In this document: piece after piece, positions 8,947 through 17,901 of the stretch
How the letters are laid out: every line of letters starts with the position of its first letter
Numbering within the stretch: position 1 is the first letter of the stretch
Source: a bacterium
GTDB lineage: Bacteria; Bacteroidota; Bacteroidia; Bacteroidales; F082
Reading direction: 5' to 3'
Assembly: GCA_036244975.1 (NCBI GenBank)
Contig: BTTE01000002.1
Span: 19,576 to 83,575, forward strand
Length of the DNA: 64,000 nucleotides
Notes under the pieces: model-generated
Told to the model about the DNA's origin: nothing
The model's input: only the letters and a program-made list of their open reading frames with translations
Databases searched by the model: none
Made by a program: the position numbers and the translations under genes

Positions 8947-10218
8947 TTATAAATTTCCTACTAATTTTTCTTTTTGTTGTACCACAAGATACTCTTTAAT
9001 CTTTTCAATGGCCTTAAATGTAGCGCCCGACTGTTGCCGGACATAATCGGTAGCAGCTTCCGAGGCAGCCTGATATTTTTCCGGATTTTGCAAAAGATGG
9101 TTTGCTATTTCCCGGAAGCTTTTTTTATCTTTAATAGCAAAACCGCCTCCGTTTTTCAACAAGCTGAGGGCTTCGCGGAAACGCTGATGGTTGGGACCAA
9201 AGATTACAGGAAGACCATAAACCGCTGCTTCCGGAAGGTTATGGATGCCCACACCAAAACCGCCACCCACATATGCCAGCTTGCCATAGCGATACAGATG
9301 AGAAAGCAATCCTATGCTGTCGATAACCATAACACGGGCATCCTCCGGGAGGTTTTTCGTGGCTTCGGAATACAAAACAGGATGAAAATCTTTGAATTTA
9401 TTTTGGATTTCCGTAAGATGTTCCGGGGTAATTTTATGCGGTGCAATGACCATTTTTATATCATCTTCGTGTACAAGATAGTCTTTTAAAATATCTTCAT
9501 CAGGGGGCCAGGTGCTACCGCAGATGAGTAAACCACTACCGTTGGTAAAGCTTTCAATTACCGGAAGCGAAACCGGCTCATGCGACACTTTCAGAACACG
9601 GTCAAAACGGGTGTCGCCTCCTACCTCGTTATGAAAAACACGAATGCTGTTCAACAGTTCCGAAGATAATTCATCCTGTACCTGAAACCAGGTTACCTTT
9701 TGTAACTGATTTCTAAACCATTTTGCACCGTAATGGAAAAAATATTGATTTTTGCGGAAAATGGCTGAAACAAAGAAAAGGGGGACTTTATTTTTTGATA
9801 ATTCTTTTAAATAGTTAAACCAGTATTCGTATTTAATAAAAATGGCCAGTTTCGGTTTGAAAATCCGGATAAATCGCCGGGCATTTTTCGGCTTGTCCAT
9901 GGGAAGATAAAAAATATAATCAGCTCCGGGATAATCTTTCCTCAACTCATAACCCGAAGGAGAAAAAAAGGTTAGCAGGATCTTATAATCGGGGAAAGTC
10001 TCTCTGAAAGCTTCCATAACCGGACGTCCCTGTTCAAACTCTCCCAGGCTGGCGCAGTGAAACCAAACAATATTTTCGTGTTTCCCAACGGCATTTTTCA
10101 TTCGCGAAAACTCATTTTTTCGTCCTTCCGCCCATCGCCTGGCCTGTTGATGGAAGGGAGCAGCTATTCTTATGAGAAAGGAATAACCATAAATAAAAAA
10201 ATTATAGAACACTTTCAT
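8947..10218 (-). CDS. waaA: 3-deoxy-D-manno-octulosonic acid (Kdo) transferase
   Basis: 423 aa. N-terminal membrane anchor, motif WFHCASLGEFEQGRP and a glycosyltransferase C-terminal half typical of KdtA/WaaA. Confidence 0.88.
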   Translation of the reverse strand: MKVFYNFFIYGYSFLIRIAAPFHQQARRWAEGRKNEFSRMKNAVGKHENIVWFHCASLGEFEQGRPVMEAFRETFPDYKILLTFFSPSGYELRKDYPGADYIFYLPMDKPKNARRFIRIFKPKLAIFIKYEYWFNYLKELSKNKVPLFFVSAIFRKNQYFFHYGAKWFRNQLQKVTWFQVQDELSSELLNSIRVFHNEVGGDTRFDRVLKVSHEPVSLPVIESFTNGSGLLICGSTWPPDEDILKDYLVHEDDIKMVIAPHKITPEHLTEIQNKFKDFHPVLYSEATKNLPEDARVMVIDSIGLLSHLYRYGKLAYVGGGFGVGIHNLPEAAVYGLPVIFGPNHQRFREALSLLKNGGGFAIKDKKSFREIANHLLQNPEKYQAASEAATDYVRQQSGATFKAIEKIKEYLVVQQKEKLVGNL

Positions 10219-10266
10219 ACCAGCCGTTATAAATGCCTGAAATTTGTATTTTTTCCTTTAATTTTG

Positions 10267-10274
10267 CAAATATA
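10267..10274 (-). promoter_or_regulatory. -7 promoter box (TATATTTG) upstream of waaA
   Basis: Exact TAnnTTTG on the minus strand, 49 nt upstream of the ATG at 10218. Confidence 0.4.
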
Positions 10275-10375
10275 ATAAGAATAATATTCGTTACAACGCA
10301 AAAAGACAACGTAATTTCCCTAAAATTATTTATTTAAATTTACCTTTTTTGAAAGATTAAATTAATAACAGTCAT

Positions 10376-10424
10376 GAAACAAAAAAAAAACAGCCTGTCA
10401 AAATTTTCATTTTGACAGGCTGTT
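10376..10424 (-). terminator. intrinsic terminator downstream of the S46 peptidase gene
   Basis: ~15-bp perfect stem AACAGCCTGTCAAAA / TTTTGACAGGCTGTT followed, on the minus strand, by a run of 10 or more U. Confidence 0.88.
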
Positions 10425-10471
10425 TGCGGCAGCAAAAGTAGAATTTGCCACCGGTATAATTACATTTTAAT

Positions 10472-12730
10472 TTATTTTGTACCGATGGTTGCGTCGGCTG
10501 TTGTTGCTTCAACCCGGTTAGGTTGCGGCACCGCTTTGTGAATGGTCATTTCGTCAATCAGACGGGTATCGCCGGCATATTTATCAATGATAAATAATAT
10601 GTAACGAATGTCCACTACAATGGTGCGCTGCAATTTGGGAATATAGGCAATGTCGCCACTCATGGCTTCCCAGTTGCCATCGAAAGCCAGCCCAATCAGC
10701 TCTCCTTTGCCATTGATAACGGGGCTTCCGGAGTTGCCGCCGGTTATATCATTCGTGGTCAGAAAATCAACATCCTGTTTTCCATCCTGGCCGTAAGGAC
10801 CATAATCTTTGGTTTCGTAAAGCTTTTTCAGCTTTTTAGGAACAATAAATTCCGGGTTTTTTGGATTTTCTTTTTGCATAACGCCATACAAATGAGACTG
10901 GAACAAATAGTGTACGGCATCTCGCGGATAATAGCCCTCCACTTTGCCATAGCTGTAACGCAGGGTGGAGTTCGCATCGGGATAAAAGACTTTGTCGGGC
11001 TGCATTTTCATAATGCCTTCCATAAACAATCTTTTGCCTTCGTCCAGCTTGCCCCTCGCGGCGCTATAACCTGTGGAAGCATCTATCAGCCTCGCCATGT
11101 AAGCCTGCGAAAGAATAAAAGCCGGGTCTTTTTTTATCCCTTTCAGCGTGGGGTTGGCAAGGAAAGCTCTGGCTTTGGCTTCGGTGCTGAAATGCGATTT
11201 CTTAAAAACATAATTGGCAAAGGCATCAAAATTATTTTTATACTTTTTCGCCATTTTGTCAAGGTACCTGGGATGCAGACTTTCCGGAACTTTGCCAAAA
11301 TACATTTTGGTCATGGCGGCAAAAACATCACGGTCGGTGGGCATGTCGTAATCTTTGTACATTTTTTTGAGTTTTCCGGACAGTTCGGCAGACAGTTTCT
11401 TTATCCGTACCAGTTTTCTGGCTTTTTGTTCTTTACCTTTGGTCTCTTTGTACTGTTTCAACATCCCCTCCAGGCCACTGAATTTTTGTGCAAAACTAAG
11501 TAATTCAGCTCCCCTGGCGCCGGTAATACTGGCGTAGATAAGCGGTTCGATGGTTTTCGATTCGGAAACAAAAGCATTGAAAATATCTTTCAGCGCTTCT
11601 CCGTATTTTGCCTGACGTTTGGGATTCTCGCTTACCCATTTGGCGAAAGTTTCATCAAATGCTTTTTTCTTTGCGATGACATGCTGTTTCTTAACACCTC
11701 TCATCTGGCCGATGAAATATTTCCAGCTGTTGGCAATCTCGGCATAGTTAGATGCATATTTCAGTTGCACATCAGGGTTGGCATTCATGTGTTTTTTCCA
11801 TACTTCCAGTTTTTTACCAAAGGCCTCAACCAAAGGCGGAAAATAATGTTCCATTCTAAACTCCAGTTCCGGAGCGGTCATGTAACGGTTAGTCCTTCCC
11901 GGGAAACCCCATACCATGGCAAAATCTCCCGCTTTAATACCATCCAGCGAAATGGGCAGGTGATATTTTGGTTTCAGCGGAATGTTCTTTAAGGAATAGG
12001 TTGCGGGGGAGCCATCGGGAGCCGTATAGATGCGGAAAATGGTAAAATCACCGGTTTGGCGCGGCCACATCCAGTTGTCGGTATCACCGCCAAATTTTCC
12101 GATAGAGGAAGGCGGTGCACCGACGAGACGTACGTCGCGGTAAACGATATAAACCATCATGTAATATTTGTTGCCTTCAAAGAAAGGCTTGATAACGACA
12201 TTGTATTTGCCACTGTCCGCATTGGTTTTTTTCAGCCGGCTGATGATGGGACTGACAACAGAAGAACGTTGCTGCTCGCTCATAGTATCGGAAAGATACG
12301 GAACAATGCTGTCGCTCACATCGGCCATACGCACCAAAATAGATGCCGTAAGTCCTTTGTTGGGCAGCTCTTCTTTTTTGCTCATAGCCCAAAAGCCCTC
12401 TTTCAGATAGTCGTGTTTCACCGAGCTGTGTTCCTGAACGGACTCGAAACCGCAATGGTGGTTTGTAAACAGCAACCCCTGGTCGGAGACAATTTCGGAG
12501 GTACAGAAAAAGCCTTGCGGGTTGGGACTGTTGGAGAGACCGGCAACGGCATCTTTCAGGCTTGAATGGTTTATGCTGTAAATTTGTTCAGAGGTAAGTT
12601 TCAACCCCATACGTTGCATTTCAGCAAAATTTTGTTGCAGCAGCATGGGAATCCACATGCCTTCGTGCGCTTTTAGCTGGAAACCGATGGAAATCAGAAC
12701 GGCTGCCAGGAAATAGGAAAATTTTTTCAT
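10472..12730 (-). CDS. S46 family dipeptidyl-peptidase (DPP7/DPP11 type), secreted
   Basis: Motifs HEGMWIP after the signal peptide, catalytic TNHHC and GGNSGSPV. The ATG at 12730 (MKKFSYFL...) gives a normal signal peptide. The longest ORF starts at 12754. Confidence 0.9.
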   Translation of the reverse strand: MKKFSYFLAAVLISIGFQLKAHEGMWIPMLLQQNFAEMQRMGLKLTSEQIYSINHSSLKDAVAGLSNSPNPQGFFCTSEIVSDQGLLFTNHHCGFESVQEHSSVKHDYLKEGFWAMSKKEELPNKGLTASILVRMADVSDSIVPYLSDTMSEQQRSSVVSPIISRLKKTNADSGKYNVVIKPFFEGNKYYMMVYIVYRDVRLVGAPPSSIGKFGGDTDNWMWPRQTGDFTIFRIYTAPDGSPATYSLKNIPLKPKYHLPISLDGIKAGDFAMVWGFPGRTNRYMTAPELEFRMEHYFPPLVEAFGKKLEVWKKHMNANPDVQLKYASNYAEIANSWKYFIGQMRGVKKQHVIAKKKAFDETFAKWVSENPKRQAKYGEALKDIFNAFVSESKTIEPLIYASITGARGAELLSFAQKFSGLEGMLKQYKETKGKEQKARKLVRIKKLSAELSGKLKKMYKDYDMPTDRDVFAAMTKMYFGKVPESLHPRYLDKMAKKYKNNFDAFANYVFKKSHFSTEAKARAFLANPTLKGIKKDPAFILSQAYMARLIDASTGYSAARGKLDEGKRLFMEGIMKMQPDKVFYPDANSTLRYSYGKVEGYYPRDAVHYLFQSHLYGVMQKENPKNPEFIVPKKLKKLYETKDYGPYGQDGKQDVDFLTTNDITGGNSGSPVINGKGELIGLAFDGNWEAMSGDIAYIPKLQRTIVVDIRYILFIIDKYAGDTRLIDEMTIHKAVPQPNRVEATTADATIGTK

Positions 12731-12945
12731 TTTTATTTTTAATTGGTAAGACATTTATAAAAACCACACAAACGTACACAAATTGTTCCACAAAACGGAA
12801 TAAACAAACAAACAGAATTTTGTGTAATATTCTCAAATTACCGGAAGCGAGGGGTATTCGGATTAGGACACTGGTTTTCCCGAAACGAACAACCCTTTCT
12901 CTTTTTATTCACCCGGTTTGAAGCAAAAACCACGCCGGCAGAGGT

Positions 12946-14028
12946 CTATTTCGGCACTTTTATCTTCGTACCTTTTTTGAGACCCGAAAGCACCTGAATA
13001 TTAATACCATCCGAGAGTCCGGTTTTTATCACCTGCTTTTTAAATACCTGAGGAGCGGTTTCAATTTCCACGTAAGTGGTTGAATCGCCTTCAAACAGCA
13101 GCAATCCTTCCGGAACAGCCAGCACACTGTCGGCGCGTTGCAGCACAATGTCGGCATTGGCGCTGTATCCCGACCGGATAAACTCATCCTTTTTCAGTTT
13201 AACATCGGCTTGAATTTCAAACTGTATGGCGCCGTTTTCCTCCACGCCTTTGGGAGCGATTTTGGTCAGAACGGCATCGAAACGGGCATTCTCGATGGCG
13301 CCGATGGTAAGAATCAGCGGCATTCCCACCCGGATTTTTCCCACTTCGGTTTCATCGATTTTGCCTTTGAAAATCATGTCGTTCATATCGGCTACGGTGG
13401 CAATAGTTGTTCCGGCGTTGAAGTTGTTGGCTTCAATAACCTGGTTGCCGATTTCCACCGGAATAGCCAGCACCATACCCGAAATGGTGGAGCGTACCAG
13501 GGTGTTGGTGGGTGCACCTTTTTTCTTGATTTGTCCCTCTTTGATGAGCTGCAGGTTTTCTTGTGCCGTCTGTAGCTCCTCCTGGGCAATACTGTATTTG
13601 GTCTCTACGGCATCAAAATCGGCCTGAGCAATAACGCCTTTCACCAACAACGCATGCTGGCGGTCGTAATTGCGTTTGGCTTCTATCAGGTTGATTTTAG
13701 CCTGATCCACGCGCGAAACGGCATTGTTCAGGTTAATCATGTTGGGAATCAGCCTGATTTTAGCGATCAGATCCCCTTTTTTCACCATTTGGCCTTCCTG
13801 CACATAGATATCGGAGATGATACCCGAAACCACCGGTTTAATGTCAATTTCTTTCCGGGGAACCACCGAGCCGGTGGCTACGGTTTTCTTGATAATATTG
13901 GTAACAAACGGAGTTTCTGTTTTGTAAACCACGGGTTCCTCTTTCGATTTATCCCACAAGTAGTAAAGGGTATATCCGAAAATACCCAAAATGATAACAA
14001 TCATTAGAATTTTAAAAAACGTCTTCAT
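12946..14028 (-). CDS. efflux transporter periplasmic adaptor subunit (HlyD/MacA family)
   Basis: 360 aa. N-terminal TM anchor, lipoyl/barrel-sandwich and coiled-coil segments typical of membrane fusion proteins. Last gene of the ABC operon. Confidence 0.85.
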   Translation of the reverse strand: MKTFFKILMIVIILGIFGYTLYYLWDKSKEEPVVYKTETPFVTNIIKKTVATGSVVPRKEIDIKPVVSGIISDIYVQEGQMVKKGDLIAKIRLIPNMINLNNAVSRVDQAKINLIEAKRNYDRQHALLVKGVIAQADFDAVETKYSIAQEELQTAQENLQLIKEGQIKKKGAPTNTLVRSTISGMVLAIPVEIGNQVIEANNFNAGTTIATVADMNDMIFKGKIDETEVGKIRVGMPLILTIGAIENARFDAVLTKIAPKGVEENGAIQFEIQADVKLKKDEFIRSGYSANADIVLQRADSVLAVPEGLLLFEGDSTTYVEIETAPQVFKKQVIKTGLSDGINIQVLSGLKKGTKIKVPK

Positions 14029-14127
14029 GTTCTATTGTATTAACTGTTTAAATTTATTTTACTCGTATTTCAATAATTTGATAATTCGCCGATTGATGTT
14101 TGTTTTTTGTAATTTGTTATTTGTTCA

Positions 14128-15396
14128 CTATTCATCTCTCAATGCCTCCACCGGCTTGATACTTACGGCACGTTTGGCCGGGATCATTCCCGCGAAAATG
14201 CCGGAAATCACCAATACACCCAACGCGGTCAGCGCCACATGGAAATTGACCTCCGGGTGTAGGAAAAACTGCGAACTGGCACCGCTTTTCACCATAATTT
14301 TATCGATGAGCGAAAGCAGGCTGACACCCACCACCAAACCCACATAACCGGCTACTGTAGTGAGCGTTACCGATTCCAGAATAATTTGTGAAATAATGTT
14401 CATCGGGGTGGCTCCCAAAGCGCGTTTGACGCCTATTTCGCGGGTACGTTCTTTCACAATTATCAACATAATATTGGATACGCCAATAATGCCGGCCAGC
14501 AGCGTTCCAACGCCTACTATCCATATCAGTCCGTTGATACCGGTAAACAATCCCGACATTTTCTTAAACTGCTTCTCTACATTGAAATGGCCAATAGCTT
14601 GTGTGTCTTTGGGATTTATGTGGTGGATTTTCTTCATAAGGGCAATCACTTTTGCCTCTGCAACGGAGGCAGGCACATCGTCCTGCGAAGTGATGGCAAA
14701 CCAAAAAACCTTATTTCCGTAGTTAAAAGTTCGCTGCATACTGGAGAAAGGCAGGAAAATACTGTTGTTATCCCTGTCGGCCTGCCCTCCTTTTTTCTTT
14801 GATTTAAAAGTTCCGATGACCTCAAAATAGACGCCCTGTACACGAATATATTGTCCGATGGGCTTTTCGCTTTTTTTGAAAAGTCCGTTCACCACATCTT
14901 TTCCTATCACAGCCACCTTACGGTATTCGCGCACATCGTTCAGGTTAACAAAACGCCCGGAGAGTATGTTCACCGGATCGATTTTCATAAAATCGGGATA
15001 GTCGCCGTAGATGGTGTAGCCGCCGGATTCTTTTCCACGTACCACGTTGCTGGCGCCGCGATAGCCACCGCCCTGAAGTCGTGGCGCCAGCAGTTTCACA
15101 TCGGGAACATTTTTTTTTATGGCTTCAATATCACTGTTGGTAAAATTGTAACTTCTGCCTCTTTTGAAACCCTGATAAGGCATGGAAGTGCGTTGTGCCC
15201 ACATAAAAAAACTGTTGGTGGCGAAGTCGCCAAAGCCCTGATAAACAGCATTCTGAAGCCCTTTTCCCGACCCCAGCATGACCACCAGCATGAAGATTCC
15301 CCAAAACACGCCGAAAGCCGTAAAAAACGTCCTCACCGGATTCATTTTCAAAGCCGTCCAAATCTCCTGCCAGTTGTCTAAATCAAATATCTTCAT
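14128..15396 (-). CDS. ABC transporter permease (MacB/FtsX family)
   Basis: 422 aa. MacB periplasmic core domain between TM1 and TM2, C-terminal FtsX module (ERTREIGVKRALGA), ending EALRDE. Confidence 0.88.
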   Translation of the reverse strand: MKIFDLDNWQEIWTALKMNPVRTFFTAFGVFWGIFMLVVMLGSGKGLQNAVYQGFGDFATNSFFMWAQRTSMPYQGFKRGRSYNFTNSDIEAIKKNVPDVKLLAPRLQGGGYRGASNVVRGKESGGYTIYGDYPDFMKIDPVNILSGRFVNLNDVREYRKVAVIGKDVVNGLFKKSEKPIGQYIRVQGVYFEVIGTFKSKKKGGQADRDNNSIFLPFSSMQRTFNYGNKVFWFAITSQDDVPASVAEAKVIALMKKIHHINPKDTQAIGHFNVEKQFKKMSGLFTGINGLIWIVGVGTLLAGIIGVSNIMLIIVKERTREIGVKRALGATPMNIISQIILESVTLTTVAGYVGLVVGVSLLSLIDKIMVKSGASSQFFLHPEVNFHVALTALGVLVISGIFAGMIPAKRAVSIKPVEALRDE

Positions 15397-15593
15397 GGTT
15401 GCTATTGGTCATTCGTTAATTCGTCATTCGTTATTCGCTCTATTTCACAACTTCGCAACTTCGCTTCATTTCTCTTAATTTATTATTCATTCGCCATTCA
15501 TCATTCAATTGTCATTCGCTGCGCTGTCATTCAATTGTCATTCATCATTATTCATTCATCATTATTCATTCATCATTATTCATTCATCATTCG
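15397..15593. repeat. repeat-filled spacer between the two MacB-type permease genes
   Basis: Contains GTCATTCGT words, CAACTTCGCAACTTCGC (15448-15464), TTGTCATTCGCTGCGCTGTCATTCAA (15509-15534) and a 14-nt tandem repeat ATTCATCATTATTC x3 (15540-15581) plus a partial unit. Confidence 0.85.
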
Positions 15594-16829
15594 TTATTCG
15601 TCTCTCAACGCATCAATCGGTTTAATGGATGCTGCTTTTTTAGCCGGAATAAAGCCTGCAATAGCCCCGGAGACCACCAACAGAACCATAGCCGTAAGCG
15701 CAATGGAAAGGTTTGCTTCCGGGTTTCTGAAAAAGTCGGACGGGGGCATATATTTGTTTACCAGCTCCAGCAATCCAACGCCGGCCATAAGTCCGAGGTA
15801 ACCGGCCAGACTGGTAATCACTACCGATTCCAGTAAAATCAATCCGACAATAGACTTTGGCGTGGCACCGAGTGCCTTGCGGATGCCGATTTCTTTGGTA
15901 CGTTCTTTCACCACAATCATCATGATGTTGCTCACGCCCACAATGCCGGCAATGATGGTACCGATACCGATAATCCAGATAAAAATCCGGATACCGAGGA
16001 AGAGGTTCATCACTTTTTTGTATTGGTCCAGATTGTTTGAAATACGGATGGCGCGGCGGTCGGTGGGATCAAAATGGTGTACTTTTGCAAATTCCGTACG
16101 CAGCTCTTTTTCAATATGTTTGGTCTGTTTGAGGGAAGCATCACCCACCGTAAACATAATCTGATTCAGCCGGTTACCACCATTAAAAACTCTTTGTGCC
16201 GTACTCACCGGAATATAGACTTTTCGCATTTCGCCGTTGCCGCCTGCATCTTTAAAAACGCCAATTACCTTGAACGGAATATCGCCTACTTTGACATATT
16301 TTCCAAGCGGGTTTTCACCTTTTTTGAAAAGGTCTTTCCGGACAATGTCACCTATGACCATCACTTTGCTGAAATGCTCCATATCGAGCCGGTTCAGAAA
16401 GCGCCCGTTGGTGATGTCGGTGTTTTCGATGTATTTGTTCCCGGGGTTCACCGCACGAATGTTGTAGGAACCATAATTATTTTTGAAACTTATGGTTTTG
16501 CTGCCCACATAATAGCGTCCCGAAATATGGTCGATGTGTTTGTCGAGACGTTTGGTACGCGTGTAGTCGGCGTTAGTAAACCGGATTGTGCGCCCGGCAT
16601 TGGTACCTTTGTATGGTTTGGTGGTCTGTCCCTGAAAAACCCACAGGCTGTTGGTGGCATCGTCGGCAAACTGGTGCTGCACACCGTTTTGCAGTCCACG
16701 GCCGGAGCCGAGCAAAATTATCAACATGAAAATACCCCAGGCTACACTGAAGCCGGTTAAAACCGTACGCAACTTGTTTTTGTTGATTGTACTGAATATC
16801 TCCTGCCATTTATCTCTGTCGATGATCAT
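15594..16829 (-). CDS. ABC transporter permease (MacB/FtsX family), paralog of 14128..15396
   Basis: 411 aa with the same architecture (ERTKEIGIRKALGA, ending DALRDE). Its start overlaps the ATPase stop by 4 nt. Confidence 0.88.
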   Translation of the reverse strand: MIIDRDKWQEIFSTINKNKLRTVLTGFSVAWGIFMLIILLGSGRGLQNGVQHQFADDATNSLWVFQGQTTKPYKGTNAGRTIRFTNADYTRTKRLDKHIDHISGRYYVGSKTISFKNNYGSYNIRAVNPGNKYIENTDITNGRFLNRLDMEHFSKVMVIGDIVRKDLFKKGENPLGKYVKVGDIPFKVIGVFKDAGGNGEMRKVYIPVSTAQRVFNGGNRLNQIMFTVGDASLKQTKHIEKELRTEFAKVHHFDPTDRRAIRISNNLDQYKKVMNLFLGIRIFIWIIGIGTIIAGIVGVSNIMMIVVKERTKEIGIRKALGATPKSIVGLILLESVVITSLAGYLGLMAGVGLLELVNKYMPPSDFFRNPEANLSIALTAMVLLVVSGAIAGFIPAKKAASIKPIDALRDE

Positions 16830-17554
16830 GCCTGTGCTTCTTCTTCTACAAGGGTTTCAAATACTTTCTGTTTGGTCTCCTGACTGCTGGCATCGATTTC
16901 AATGCGACCGTCTTTCAGGTGAATGATTCGGTCGGTTTGTTCGGCAATGTCCTGTTCGTGGGTAACGATAATCATGGTAATTCCTTCGCGGTTGATCTGG
17001 CGCATCAGTTCCATCACTTCCATGGAGGTTTTTGAATCAAGGGAACCGGTGGGTTCGTCGGCGAGGATGACTTTGGGGTGTGAAATAAGGGCACGGGCAA
17101 TGGCCAGCCGTTGTTTTTGCCCGCCCGAAAGTTCGTTGGGCAAATGCCCGGCCCACGATTTAAGTCCCATTTTCTCCAGATATTCCAGCGCTATTTTGTT
17201 GCGCTTTTTACGGACAATCTTTTGATAGTACAAGGGCAACGCCACATTCTCCATGGCATTTTTAAAAGGAATCAGGTTAAACGACTGAAAAACGAAACCG
17301 AGCATTTTGTTGCGGTAAAAAGCTGCTTTTTTCTCACTCAACCCCGCAATAAGTGTTTTGTCGAGAAAATATTTTCCCTCGTCGTAGCTGTCGAGAATCC
17401 CCAGAATATTCAGCAAAGTGGATTTCCCGGAGCCGGAGGAACCCATAATGGAAACCAGCTCTCCCTCTCTGATATGCAAATTAATACCTTTCAAAACATG
17501 GAGACTGTTCTTTCCCATCCGGTAGCTTTTGTGAATGTTTTCTAGCCTTATCAT
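16826..17554 (-). CDS. ABC transporter ATP-binding protein (MacB/LolD type)
   Basis: Walker A GSSGSGKST, signature LSGGQKQR, Walker B ILADEPTG. The ATG at 17554 (MIRLENI...) is preferred over the longest ORF start at 17584. Confidence 0.9.
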   Translation of the reverse strand: MIRLENIHKSYRMGKNSLHVLKGINLHIREGELVSIMGSSGSGKSTLLNILGILDSYDEGKYFLDKTLIAGLSEKKAAFYRNKMLGFVFQSFNLIPFKNAMENVALPLYYQKIVRKKRNKIALEYLEKMGLKSWAGHLPNELSGGQKQRLAIARALISHPKVILADEPTGSLDSKTSMEVMELMRQINREGITMIIVTHEQDIAEQTDRIIHLKDGRIEIDASSQETKQKVFETLVEEEAQA

Positions 17555-17793
17555 TTCTTCTTTTTTCGTTTTTATTGCACACAATTTTTGTTAGGTGCTT
17601 GTCAATTCGTTTCTTCTTTTTTCCGATTTAAGAATGTACTTTCTTAATCATGAATTGTGCCATGAACGGAAACAAGCTGAAATACAATGCGTAACACGCT
17701 TTTTTGCTGCACGTGATAAAATTAATGAAATAGCAAAGTGTTCGGCTGACTTACAGAAGTGTGCGATTTCGTGCAATGGGACATCAAAGGAAG

Positions 17794-17827
17794 GAAGTTG
17801 CGATAGGGCGAAGTTGCGAAGTTGCGA
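17794..17827. repeat. GAAGTTGC word array
   Basis: GAAGTTGCGA at 17794 and GCGAAGTTGCGAAGTTGCGA at 17808-17827. 17808-17824 is an exact 17-nt inverted match to 15448-15464. Confidence 0.8.
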
Positions 17828-17901
17828 TGGGACAGAAACTACTTTGCCCCTTAAGACGTTGGTATAGTATAATTCCGTTATTTTGCAGACAAATTTCTCC
17901 C

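Noticed and set aside
15540-15590. Possible CRISPR-like array
   Set aside because: The units are only 14 nt and directly abutting, with no spacers. No cas genes are present. This is a simple tandem repeat.
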